Positions 1 through 10,542 of a DNA stretch of 43,042 nt are shown here, piece after piece. Position numbers and translations under genes: made by a program. How positions within the stretch are numbered: the first letter of the stretch is position 1; the number at the start of each line of letters is the position of its first letter. Source of the DNA: Neovahlkampfia damariscottae (lineage: Eukaryota); NCBI GenBank assembly GCA_016618085.1, contig JABLTG010000161.1, positions 1-43,042 of the forward strand. Reading direction: 5' to 3'. Under the pieces are notes generated by a model. The model worked only from the letters and a program-made list of their open reading frames with translations. It ran no database searches and was not told where the DNA came from.

Positions 1-96
1 AAAGAAATAGAAAAAACAAAGAGAGTCAGAATGAAAACTGTTCAAGAATTTGATAAAAAACCTCCTGAGGATCCTTCTGAAGAATCTCCTGAATAA
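1..96 (+). CDS. 3' end of an unknown protein truncated by the window edge
   Basis: Frame 1 is open from base 1 (KEIEKTKRVRMKTVQEFDKKPPEDPSEESPE) to TAA at 94-96, which lies inside an AATAAA. Confidence 0.55.
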   Translation, partial: KEIEKTKRVRMKTVQEFDKKPPEDPSEESPE

Positions 97-271
97 AATT
101 CAGTTTATTTGCAATGACATTTTCTGCAAATGACATATTTTCATTTTTCTGTTTTCTTCTTTCAGTTTGTTGTTTAATTTTCTTTTATTTTGACTGCAAT
201 ATCGCGACAAATTTTTTCAACCAATTAAATTTTATTGTCTACAAGACACAAATTCACATACCAAAAAGAAA

Positions 272-520
272 ATACCAATAATTATTCCAAAATGTAAATC
301 AAAACATGTTGCATTTGTTATCGAATTCAAACAATCAAAAAATGTAAAAGAACTTGAGAATTTATCAAAAAATGCAATCAAACAAATTGACAAAAATTTA
401 TATTTAACTGAAATTCATCAATATGAACAAATAAAAAGTGTAATAAAATTAGGATTAGCATTCAAAGGTAAACAAGTAAAATCAGCTTTTGAAAAGATTG
501 AATTTACAAATAAAATATAA
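272..520 (+). pseudogene. 5'-truncated relic of the C-terminal PD-(D/E)XK nuclease domain (PDDEXK_9-type) of bacterial-type AAA-ATPase/nuclease proteins
   Basis: Reading frame without ATG, absent from the ORF track: IIIPKCKSKHVAFVIEFKQSKNVKELENLSKNAIKQIDKNLYLTEIHQYEQIKSVIKLGLAFKGKQV. It has the IEFK, AxxQIxxxxY and GxAFxGK motifs of this family. Confidence 0.7.
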
Positions 521-833
521 ATTCTTTGAAATATTAAGATTTTGAATCTCAAACTCCTGGTATTGTTTCTTCTTTGATCATATGTTTTTGACCTTAGCTC
601 ATCATATTGATGAATTTTTGATGTTTTTTTTATTATTATTTTTTGCAAAGAAAATATGAAACAGAATTTACCTTCTCAAAGGAACAAATAATCAAGATCT
701 GGACTCACAGACAGTGGAAAGAAACGTTTCTCCATCCAAACCTTCAATCACGGTTTGAAGTCAACAGAGACACTTACATTTCTCAAATTTAAATAAAAAT
801 TATTCATTTTTCAATAAGAAAAAGTTAGATCAT

Positions 834-1160
834 TTATTCAGCTAAAAGTGCTAATTTATTCACATCTTCTGTTATAACTTTACAATCATAATCACTTTGA
901 ACATAATAAACCAAAAGTTTAGCATCTTCAAAAAAAATAAAAAAAGAAAAATAAAGGTTACCATATTGACTTTCAGCATAAAAGATTTTTTTTGCTTTTT
1001 CATCATAAGGGTCACTTGAGAAAAACCAATATTCAGGTCCTTTTTCAGCATCATATTCTGAATCTAATTTGTAGACTAAAATATCAGCGTCATATTCACT
1101 ATCAACTTTGTAGATAAGAAAATCTGCGTCATAAGATGATTCAACCAAACGTACTTTCAT
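834..1160 (-). CDS. DUF6150-like short-repeat protein (V-x-S-x-Y-D-A-D repeats) with one 36-nt intron (926-961)
   Basis: Repeats VESSYDADFLIY / VDSEYDADILVY / LDSEYDAE..WFF / AESQYDAKLLVY. Removing the in-frame GTAACC..GAAG intron restores the repeat. ATG at 1160 is preceded by CCAATC at 1195. Confidence 0.7.
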   Translation of the reverse strand: MKVRLVESSYDADFLIYKVDSEYDADILVYKLDSEYDAEKGPEYWFFSSDPYDEKAKKIFYAESQYGNLYFSFFIFFEDAKLLVYYVQSDYDCKVITEDVNKLALLAE

Positions 1161-1194
1161 CTTTTTTTCTTGGTTTAATTTTAATGAATTTCCA

Positions 1195-1200
1195 CCAATC
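1195..1200. promoter_or_regulatory. CCAAT box in a 73-bp bidirectional promoter (representative of a window-wide motif)
   Basis: CCAATC lies between divergent ATGs at 1160 and 1234. The same motif precedes most starts in the window. Confidence 0.6.
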
Positions 1201-1233
1201 AGTGAGGTCTTATAAATAACAACGAGAAAGAGC

Positions 1234-3695
1234 ATGAAATTTTTTATTTTTTTTTTGCTGCTTCTGATAAATGTTATAATTACTCAGAAAACTAAACCAA
1301 TCAGTCAAGATGCTCAAATAAGATTAAATAAGTTTAACAAAAGAGTTATGGTGAAATTAGAAGAAATTGTTTTGTAAATTTGAAATTTAAATTAATAATT
1401 AAAAGTGGACAAGATGCTACAACTTTTCATCCAAAATCCAAATGTCATCATTCAATAGATATTTTTTGGACAAAGGAAGTAGGCTCTGCAATATTTCAAT
1501 CTCCTTTAATAACAGATGTTTTAAGGTATTGAAAAAAAAAGAAATTAAAATATAGTGATGGAAAGAAAGAGATTGTTGTACCTACTTTTGTCAAATATTT
1601 AGAAGTTCTGTCTGGAGAAAATGGTTTTCAGAGTTCTGGATTTCCTTATACACATTCTGACATGACATCACAAGCATCAACTTTATTATATGATATTGAT
1701 AAAGATGGTCAGAGTGAAATTGTTTTTTTTACAAAAACAGGTTGGAAAAAAAAAAAGTTGAAAATTGATTCATAGGTGAAATTGTATTTTTCAGGTAAAA
1801 TTTTGTGAGACTTTAACAATTTGAAATAGTCAAAATGGACAACCTTTGTATGATCTAACTTTAAAAATTCCACCTTTAGAAGTTCGTAAAAATTGGTATT
1901 CAGGAATGGATGATTCAAAAATTGATATTTCAATGAATTTAGAAAGAAAAAAGAAAAATATAAAAACAGGAAGAAAAATATTAGAAACAAAACAAGAAGA
2001 AAAAAAATCTGATACCTTTGAAATTGGAACTTCAACAGGTTGGTTAAGTGAAGAAGCTGTTCAGTCAATGGATGTAAAAATTAATAATTTTAATATTCTA
2101 TCATGATAGTTAATTTCATTTCTTCCTAATAGCACATTCTTTGATGATGTCTCAGAAAATAAGAAAAATCCTTTTAAAAGTTCATTTTTTGAATCCTATC
2201 TGAAAAATACAACTATGAATAAAAAGAAATTCGCCTATATTGATGGACATATACTTTCAACACCAATTATTATTGATTTAGATAATGATGGACATGATGA
2301 ATTGATTGTTCCAGTTTCGTATTATTACGATAAAGAGTTTTATTCAGATCCTGTGAATATGCAAAAATTAGATACTGATATTGATATTTCAAAATATGTG
2401 GCTGGTGGTATTGTAGTGTTCGATTTAGAAACTCGGAAAATCAAATGGAAAAATCGTAAGAGAAAAATCAAAAAGTAAAAGTATTAATAGATTTGGATTT
2501 GACAACTGATAAAACAAAACAAAAAGCTTATATTTATGGATCACCTACTGTGGTTGATATTGATGGTGATAACTCATTGGAAGTTATAATTGGAACCTCT
2601 ATGGGATTTATATTTGTTTTTGATAAAAATGGTGATGATAAACCAGGAACTCAATTTCCTATTCATATTGGTGAAATACAAGGACAAATCATCACTGAAG
2701 ATATCAATGGAGATGGTGAATTAGAATTATGCGCAGTTGATTTTAATTCAAATCTTGTTTGTTTTAACTACAGAGGAGAAGAAATTTGGGAAAGAAGATT
2801 ATCAGGTTATATTGACAAAACACCAATGATTGGTGATATTAATGGAGATGGAATTTTAGACATTGTGATAGGTACAAGCACTGGTCATATCTGGGCTGTT
2901 AGAGGAACTGATGGAGAAGTACTTCAACACTTTCCTGTTCGAACTAATGGAGCAATCTCTGCTTCTCCTTTATTATTAAACATGAACAAAATTGAAAAGA
3001 AAAAAAATCCAAAGAAATCATTAAGTGTTATAATTCCTTCATTTGATGGATATGTTTATATTGTCAATGGAAAATCAGGTTGTATTGATAAAATTGATAT
3101 TGGAGAAAAATCAGTGTCACAAATTTTAACAGATGATATCACTGGTTCTGGTAAGATGGATTTATTAATTGCAACAACAAATGGAAAATTATTTACATTA
3201 CATACTCATATTCCATATCATCCAATGAAATCATGGACTGCACCAATCAATTCCATCAATGGATTTTCTTATAGAGAATATTATCATGGTATTTATGTGA
3301 GTTTAAGAAGTAGAAAAATGAAAGATATAATTGGAAATAGTTTTGTTGTTGAATTTGTAATTATAGATGAAAGAAAATATCCAAACACAGCTGCTCCAAG
3401 AACTTATGATATAAGGATCACCCTTGGAAAAAAGAAAATTTTATTAAAGAAACGATACAACAAACCAGGTTTGTATATTGAAAAAATCAAAACACCAACT
3501 CAAAGATTACATGGGACTATTCAAGTTGAAATGACCAATGAACATGGACAAGTTTATTTAGACAGATTTTCTTTGAGTTTTAATATGACTTTTTTGAGAA
3601 CATTGAAATTCATGATCTTGGGTCCATTTTTATTAATTTTTGGTTATTTGATGTTATTGAAACCATTGAAAACTAAATCAAGTTTACCAATTTGA
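1234..3695 (+). CDS. DEX1: DEFECTIVE IN EXINE FORMATION 1-like FG-GAP/VCBS beta-propeller membrane protein (about 7 exons, including a 19-nt microexon at 1776-1794)
   Basis: Signal peptide MKFFIFFLLLL, SPLITDVLSDGKKEIVVPTFVKYLEVL, multiple DxDxDG loops, HILSTPIIIDLDNDG..VPVSYYYDKE..KYVAGGIVVFDL, and a C-terminal TM helix. GT-AG introns join the ORF-track pieces in frame. Confidence 0.88.
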
Positions 3696-3789
3696 TTCTT
3701 TTGAAATAAATATTCTCAAAGTTTTCAATAAATTGACAATTTATCCAAAACCATCTGATTGGTTCGTAGTTTTTTTTTTTATCAACACC

Positions 3790-6700
3790 ATGGAAAACAA
3801 GTAAATTTATTCATCACCTAACACTACAGGAAATCTGATTTCAATTTTGATGATTTCTTTTCAAATTCAAAATCAAACTCAGAGCCAAAAAAACAAGCAA
3901 CTAGTGTTGATCATTTTACTTCCGCAAACAACAACTCTACTCTCGATAATTTTATGAATCACAATAGTTTTCAAAATAATCAGACAAATATAATGTCACA
4001 GCAACCAACAGGAGGATCTTTTTCTTATAACAAAAATAATTCAATTTTGGATTTATTCAATCAACCAACTGATAATAAACCACCAACAGGAGGTTCTTTC
4101 AATGGATTTAGTACAATTAATAATATGAATAGAATTCCAGATACTTTCCAAAAATCAATTTCTTTTCAAGCTGAAAAAAATGACGAAGAATGGGGCGATT
4201 TTGAAGGAGGAAATCAACTAACGCAGGACATAAAAATATCTCAACTAAATGTCCAGAATACTACTGGAAATAGTTTTCATTCTTTTGATCAAAAAATTCC
4301 AGATGCTCAAGCAAATAATGTTCCAAAAACCCAAGAAAATTTTTTAAAACAAGAAGAACATGAAGAAGAAGAATGGAGTGATTTTAAAGGAGAAAGTGAT
4401 GATACACATATAAAAGAAATGAAAGAGAATGAAAATTTTAATGGAACCGTAATCAACGAAAGTTCTTGTGTTGAATCTTTTCAACAAAAGGAAATTAATG
4501 AAAAAAAACCACCAAAAAATGATATATTAGATTTATTTGGAAATTCAAATGACAAACTATCAAAAAATGAATCAATAAGTTCAGACGGAGATTTGAAAGT
4601 ACAATTTGATGAAAATGATCCGTCAGATGAAGAAGAATGGGGTGAATTTGAATCAAATTTAGATGAATCTCGTGATTTTGACACACCAAAAAAACCAGAA
4701 TTTACTCAACAAAAAAAAGAAACTGAAAACATTGAGAATGGAAATTCAGAAAACTCTGAAAATAGTTTTAACTCACAAACAAAGATATCAAAGAGAAATA
4801 TTGGTGAAATGTTTCAAAAATTTGAAGAAAAAGTTGAATCAGAAAAAATGAAAGTTCAAAAGAAATCTAATATTTTAGATTTATTCAATCAAAGTTCAAA
4901 TGAAATTAAAAATCATCAAGATGAAGAGGAAGAGGAATGGGGAGAATTTGAAGGAAATTATGATTCCAATGTTGATAAAAATAGAAATGATTCCAATGTT
5001 GAAGAAACAATAAATGAGAATCTAAATGATGAAGAAAAAGTAATAGAAACTCATACTTCATCATCCAACGAAACAACAACAGTTCCAGATTCTAAGATGA
5101 ATATTTTAGACTTATTTGGAGAGAAGAATGAAATAACAGTTAAAATAGAATCAAAACCAAATTCACAAGATCTACATGGACAAATTCATGTATCTGATGA
5201 TGAATGGGGTGAATTTGAAGGGAATAATGAAAAGAAGGAGCCAGAAATTGTTACCTCAAAAGAAATTCCTTCTCAAAGTTCAAAAGAAAATCAATTTTCC
5301 AACAATATGATTGTTAACTCAAAACATGAAGAAAAAACAGAATCAAATGAAAATGATGATGAATGGGGTGAATTTGAAGGGAATAATCACCAAAAAGTTG
5401 TCAATTCAAATGAAACTGAAAAATTGGATACATCAAAAATGAATATTTTAGATTTATTTGGTTCATCTGAAAACTCAAAAGTAGTTGAGAAAATACCAGT
5501 TGAACAAGAAACAACAGGATTTTCAGATGAAGAAAATTGGGGTGAATACAAAGGAAATCATGAAATCACAGAAGAATCAAAACAAATGACCAGCAAAGAA
5601 ACTGATCCAGAATCTTCAAATGTACAGAATTTAAATGAACAAAACAAAGAAACAAACAATAAAATTGAAGATACTTCATCTAAAATGAACATTTTAGAGT
5701 TATTTGTTTCATCAAAAGATGATACAAAAATCAATGAAAATTTGAAAGTTGAAAATGAAGAAACAGGTTTTTCAGATGAAGAAAATTGGGGTGAATTTGA
5801 AGGAAATATCCATGATGATTTCAAAGAATCAAAAGAAAGTGATATCAAAAATTCACAAGAAATTGAATCAAATCTAAATTCGGCTAAAATTTTAGATTCA
5901 TTTGATGAGTCAACAATTCCTAATATTTCATTTAACAATCAAAACTTGGATGTGAAAAATGATGTATATCCTGATGAAATTAAAAATCATCAAGATGAAG
6001 AGGAAGAGGATTGGGGTGACTTTGAAGCTGAAAATCATGATGAAAAGACACCAAGAGATGAAATTATAGTTTCAGAACCAATGGAAGATCAACAACCAAA
6101 GGATAAACTTGATGATTCAAAAGAAAATTTGAATCTTGAGAAAATGGATAATAAAGTAGATATTGAACAAAAAACAAATTCAAACTTAAAAATACTTGAT
6201 TTATTTGATAATTCAGAAATCAAATCAACTGTTAATTTCAAACATGTTGAACCAGATGAAGATGAGTGGGGTGAATTTGAAGGAAATTCATCAATTAAAG
6301 ATTCCGAAAAATTTGATATTGATGATGATTGGAAGGAATCATCATTCCAAAAAGAAACAAAAAAGGAATTCAATTTAGATGATTTGATAAGTCAAAATCA
6401 TCCAGAAAAAAAAGAAAATAATCATCACAAAGGGATTTTAGATTTATTTTCAAATGAAGAAACAAAAGATGAAATTCCAAATCAAAAAAACGAAATCATG
6501 AATAGTTTAATCAAACAAGAAAGATTTGATGATGCATTGAAATATTCAAAATCAAATGACGCACTTAATCATCTCAGAAAAAGATTAGATCCAATTTCTC
6601 AAGTTGAAATGTTCAAATTTTTGGATCAATATATTAAAAATGAACATCTTTCAAAACAGTTCAAAAATGATTTCCCAATTGATTTATTTTCTGATATTGA

Positions 6701-7175
6701 TGATGATTTAGAAAAATCAAATGAATTAAAATTGAAAATCTCTTTGAAATTTGATGAGATCTTTGAAGAAGATAACTATTTTGTTAGGGTTAAAATTCAA
6801 TGCCTGAGAGAACTTGAAATTGCTTATCAATTCCTTGAAAATTTAATTTCAAAAAATCAAAAAGTCATAGACAAGGTTTTGAAAAATGATGAAATGACTG
6901 GATTTTTGAAAGGAATCAAAACCATTTACAAGATTTTAACCAATTTTGAAAATGAAAAATTGAATGATTTTAAAGAATTATTTAAAAAGATTTCAAATGA
7001 AAACATTGATGATGATGATGAGAATATTAATGAAGAAAAAATTTGTGAGCTATGTGGAAAAATGTTAGCAGAAGGAGATGAATTTTGTGTTGTTAATGGA
7101 AAAGATTTTTATGTTCCTGCATTGAATTTATGCAAAAAAAAAATTACAAAAACATTTTATTTGTTGAAAAAGTAA
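3790..7175 (+). CDS. Synergin-gamma/aftiphilin-like clathrin-adaptor accessory protein
   Basis: ATG 3790, 29-nt intron 3801-3829, then a long acidic disordered region with 10 [DE]xW[GS][DE][FY] and about 9 IL[DE][LS]F motifs. The C-terminal helical domain (FLKGIKTIYK ... CELCG ... NGKDFYVPALNL) resembles the synergin-gamma C-terminus. Confidence 0.72.
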
Positions 7176-7249
7176 ATTTTTACCTTAAAACTTTTTTTTT
7201 TCGATCTTTTTAAACTTCAAAGTCAGGAGATTATTTGATTGGAGCAAAA

Positions 7250-8108
7250 ATGACAACTTTTTCTGTTTGCACATATAACGTCAATTGGGGCTTATGTCTC
7301 ACTGGAAATATGCATAGTCAACACGCACAATCAATAAAAACAGCAATTTCGACCGCTGATTCTGATATTGTATGTTTACAAGAAACACATGAAGGTATGA
7401 AAATACAAAACTAAAAAAAAGGATTTGAAAAAATTTTGACAAAATTATTTGAAAAAAAATATCCATACCAGATACACAAATTACATAAATCAAAACTTGC
7501 GACTCTAGATAATAAAGAAGGATCATTAGCAGGTGGCTTATCAGTTCTATCAAAATATCCAATTTACGAAGTGTCTTATTATCAACCAAAGACAGAAGGT
7601 TCATTTTTTCCAGCATTGATATTCAGAGCTGAAATTGTAAAAAGTCTTTTTGTTGAAATTGTCAACGTTCATCTGAGGTAAAGAAATAAAAAAATATTAA
7701 AAAAGTAATCAACAAAGACCTCCAATTTCAAAAACACACAGGCCAACTATTGGTGATTATTTTACCACTTCAAACATTAGAAAAGAAGAAATTAAAGAAT
7801 TATTGACACAAATGACTAAATCTGATATGAAAATTATTTGTGGTGATTTTAATGAGTCATCAGGAGCATGTTTGAGTTTTTTAAAAGATGAAGCGAAATA
7901 TAATGATATTTTAATGGAGTATTGTGATGGAAGAAATACTTGGTTTTGGCCTTTGTTTTGGGGTATGTCATTATATGGAGCTTATGATCATATTTTTTAT
8001 AATTGTTCAAATAACAAATTTACTTCGATTGGAGGTACTGTTTTTGAGGAATTCAAAGACATTTCTGACCATATTCCTGTTGTCGGAAAATTTATAATCA
8101 AAGAATAA
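7250..8108 (+). CDS. Endonuclease/exonuclease/phosphatase (EEP) family protein, 3 exons
   Basis: TYNVNWG, DIVCLQE, GLSVLSKYPI, NVHL, GDFNE, YDHI and SDHIPV catalytic motifs, joined across two short introns. Confidence 0.9.
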
Positions 8109-8177
8109 AAGTTAAATAAGCATTTTATTGGATAATCAATTTCAACCACAGAATTTTGGAGATAAAAAGAATCAAAG

Positions 8178-8495
8178 ATGAAATTTATTTGGTTGATGAT
8201 TTTGCTGATTGTTGTGCAAATTTGCATTGGAGAGATCACAGACCGTCAAGAATTAACTGTTGATTTTCATCGAAAAATGTTTGAATGCAACACTGACAAG
8301 TGTAAATACACAGTGAGAAGAGAATTCATGAAAGAATATCATAAACTAAAGCTCACTTCACGTATGAATGTTTTAAAAGAGAAATTTAGAAGATGTGCTG
8401 TCGTTTCTTCATTCAAACTATGTTACCAAAAATTTAAAGAAAATGAAAAGAATTTGATATCAAAGTTCAATCAAAGATTGAAAAATAGTTGTTGA
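8178..8495 (+). CDS. Small secreted Cys-containing protein of unknown function (105 aa)
   Basis: Clean ORF with hydrophobic signal peptide MKFIWLMILLIVVQICIG and two similar helical C-x4/6-C segments. Confidence 0.7.
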   Translation: MKFIWLMILLIVVQICIGEITDRQELTVDFHRKMFECNTDKCKYTVRREFMKEYHKLKLTSRMNVLKEKFRRCAVVSSFKLCYQKFKENEKNLISKFNQRLKNSC

Positions 8496-8762
8496 GTTCA
8501 GTTAGGATTGGTTTGAACATTCAAAATACCATTATTTTTTTTTTTTGTATTTCTCTTTAAAAAAAGATCTTTTTTGCCGAATTCTATGGCCAGCTGGAAA
8601 TGAATGAACTTCAGTTCATGTATTTCGGCAGCCAGAAGTGTTCTAACAGGAGCTGTTTTCTTTTGGGACAACTTTTTTTCTTCAACTTTTGGCAACAATG
8701 GAAATTTAAAAATAAAGTTCGATTTATAAATAAGTGTTTTAACTTATGATCAAAAAACAACT

Positions 8763-10532
8763 TTGAACACATCAACAACTTCATTGGTCAATTTTCTTGA
8801 AAACAACACTTGGGGTATGTCAAAAGGATTTAGTATTAGGTCTCCAAATAGTGGACAAAACCCAATAAAAAAAAGAAATAGTGATTATATAACAAGAAAA
8901 TCGATAGAACTAAGTCCTTATGAAGAATTAAGCGAAAAAACATACTCTGTCATGTTAAAACCATTCACTAAATGTGAAAATGATGAATTAAATGTTGAAG
9001 AAACTTTAAATTATCTTTTAGTAAACTTAACAATTGTCATGAGAGATAAAAACTACAAAAATCAATTAACAAAATTTTATCCATTAATAAAAAGATCAAT
9101 AGAACAAGAAGAAAATGAAGAAATGAAACAAGAGATAGAGAGTATGAAATATGAATATTTTGAATTATTAAAAATTAAAAATAATCCAAAAAGTGAAATT
9201 AAAGAAATAACAATGAAGCAATTAAATTATAAATCTAATTGGAGGGAATTTTTTGATAAAATACAAAAGAAATATTCACCTAATGCATGTATTATTAACT
9301 CAGATTGTACTTTTTTAAATAATCGTTGGGTAAATAAACTTGAAGATAAAATTATTGGTTTAAAAGTTGATCCAGTGGAAGATAAAATATTTGCTATTGT
9401 TGAAAGTTCATTTTTAAGAACTATAGATTCACAAGTTAATGTTGAAATGTGTATAAAGAAATCACAAAACAAAGATTTAATTTGGGAAAAAGAAGTTGAA
9501 TCAAATTTATCCGAATATAGATATAATCAAATGAAGTTCGCTTTAAATCCTGAAAAATATGCAAAAATTGATTCTTTAGAATTTTTGTTAGGTCAATTAT
9601 TAGAAAAGACAACTGATTTAGAAATTTGTGAAACAGTAAATTATATTGATGGTGGAAATAGAAATTTAAAAGGCACATTTTTTTCAGAGATCGAAAAGAC
9701 ATTTGATAAATTTTTGAATCAACTTTATCATTTGAATTTGAATGATCTGTTAAAAGAAGTTCAAGAAAATAAGAGATCAAAAGAAATTGAACAAAAAATT
9801 GAAAAATATTTCAGAATTTTGAATGAAGGATTTCCAGAAATTTCATTGGGTTTTGATTTCCAAAAATTAGAGGAAAAATTAAAATTCATGAAAATAGCTT
9901 TAATTGAATTAGAATTATCAAATTCTTTCATTGATTTTTATGCTTCTCTGACAAATGCTATCTGTTCAATTCAAAATATATTCGCAATTCGCCAAAGTCA
10001 CCAAGATAAAAAATCAAAAGGATCTGTTATTGCTCTTAGTTTTTTAGGTGGAAATTCAAATAATGATTTAATTGAATCATCAAGTAGTCCTGCTTCTCCC
10101 ATTCTTTCAATAAGTTCTTCTTTTAGAAAATCTGTTTTTGAAAATGAAATTGAAGATTTAAAGTTATTAGAACCACATCATCGTTTAAAAAATGAAAAAT
10201 CAAGAATTAATACAGAATTAGTTGAACCTACCAATCCAATGGATTTAGGTCTAATTTCATCCATCAAAAATGTAAAAATCCAAATCAAGAAATTGAATGA
10301 AAAAGGTTTAGTTTATTTAATGAATCAAAAAGATATGAAAATGAATGAGTTTATGGATAACTATTTAAGTATCAATTCAATTATTTTTGATGTTTTTTTT
10401 GAAATTGAAAAAATATTACCAAAAGAATCTGAAGAACATTTAGATGAATTTTTAAAAATACGATCAAGAGCTACATCAGCACCAGGTTCAGAATTAAATC
10501 TTTTAAATCAAAATTTTTTTAAAAAGAAATAA
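8763..10532 (+). CDS. Hypothetical helical protein (about 570-590 aa); start uncertain (first ATG 8817)
   Basis: 1.77-kb open frame in very AT-rich DNA; no motif recognised. Confidence 0.75.
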   Translation: MNTSTTSLVNFLENNTWGMSKGFSIRSPNSGQNPIKKRNSDYITRKSIELSPYEELSEKTYSVMLKPFTKCENDELNVEETLNYLLVNLTIVMRDKNYKNQLTKFYPLIKRSIEQEENEEMKQEIESMKYEYFELLKIKNNPKSEIKEITMKQLNYKSNWREFFDKIQKKYSPNACIINSDCTFLNNRWVNKLEDKIIGLKVDPVEDKIFAIVESSFLRTIDSQVNVEMCIKKSQNKDLIWEKEVESNLSEYRYNQMKFALNPEKYAKIDSLEFLLGQLLEKTTDLEICETVNYIDGGNRNLKGTFFSEIEKTFDKFLNQLYHLNLNDLLKEVQENKRSKEIEQKIEKYFRILNEGFPEISLGFDFQKLEEKLKFMKIALIELELSNSFIDFYASLTNAICSIQNIFAIRQSHQDKKSKGSVIALSFLGGNSNNDLIESSSSPASPILSISSSFRKSVFENEIEDLKLLEPHHRLKNEKSRINTELVEPTNPMDLGLISSIKNVKIQIKKLNEKGLVYLMNQKDMKMNEFMDNYLSINSIIFDVFFEIEKILPKESEEHLDEFLKIRSRATSAPGSELNLLNQNFFKKK

Positions 10533-10542
10533 AAATTTTAAT

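Noticed and set aside
600..792. Short coding-like stretch downstream of the nuclease relic
   Set aside because: No supported start or family motif, and the reading frame is ambiguous.
4180..6290. Recurrent GAATGGGGTGAATTTGAAGG units resembling a CRISPR-like repeat-spacer array
   Set aside because: Spacing is irregular (about 160-320 nt), variation is largely synonymous, and all copies are in frame in one ORF. These are protein motif repeats.
4481..6378. Several short antisense or alternative-frame ORFs inside the synergin-like gene
   Set aside because: These are shadow ORFs (Ser/Phe-rich) caused by the biased GAA/GAT codon usage of the real gene.
8487..8516. TGT-TGA (Cys-stop) at the end of the secreted protein as a possible Cys-Sec selenoprotein motif
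   Set aside because: TGA is used as a normal stop elsewhere (3695, 36143, 37827, 39994), there is no redox-type context, and I could not build a canonical SECIS from the downstream hairpin.
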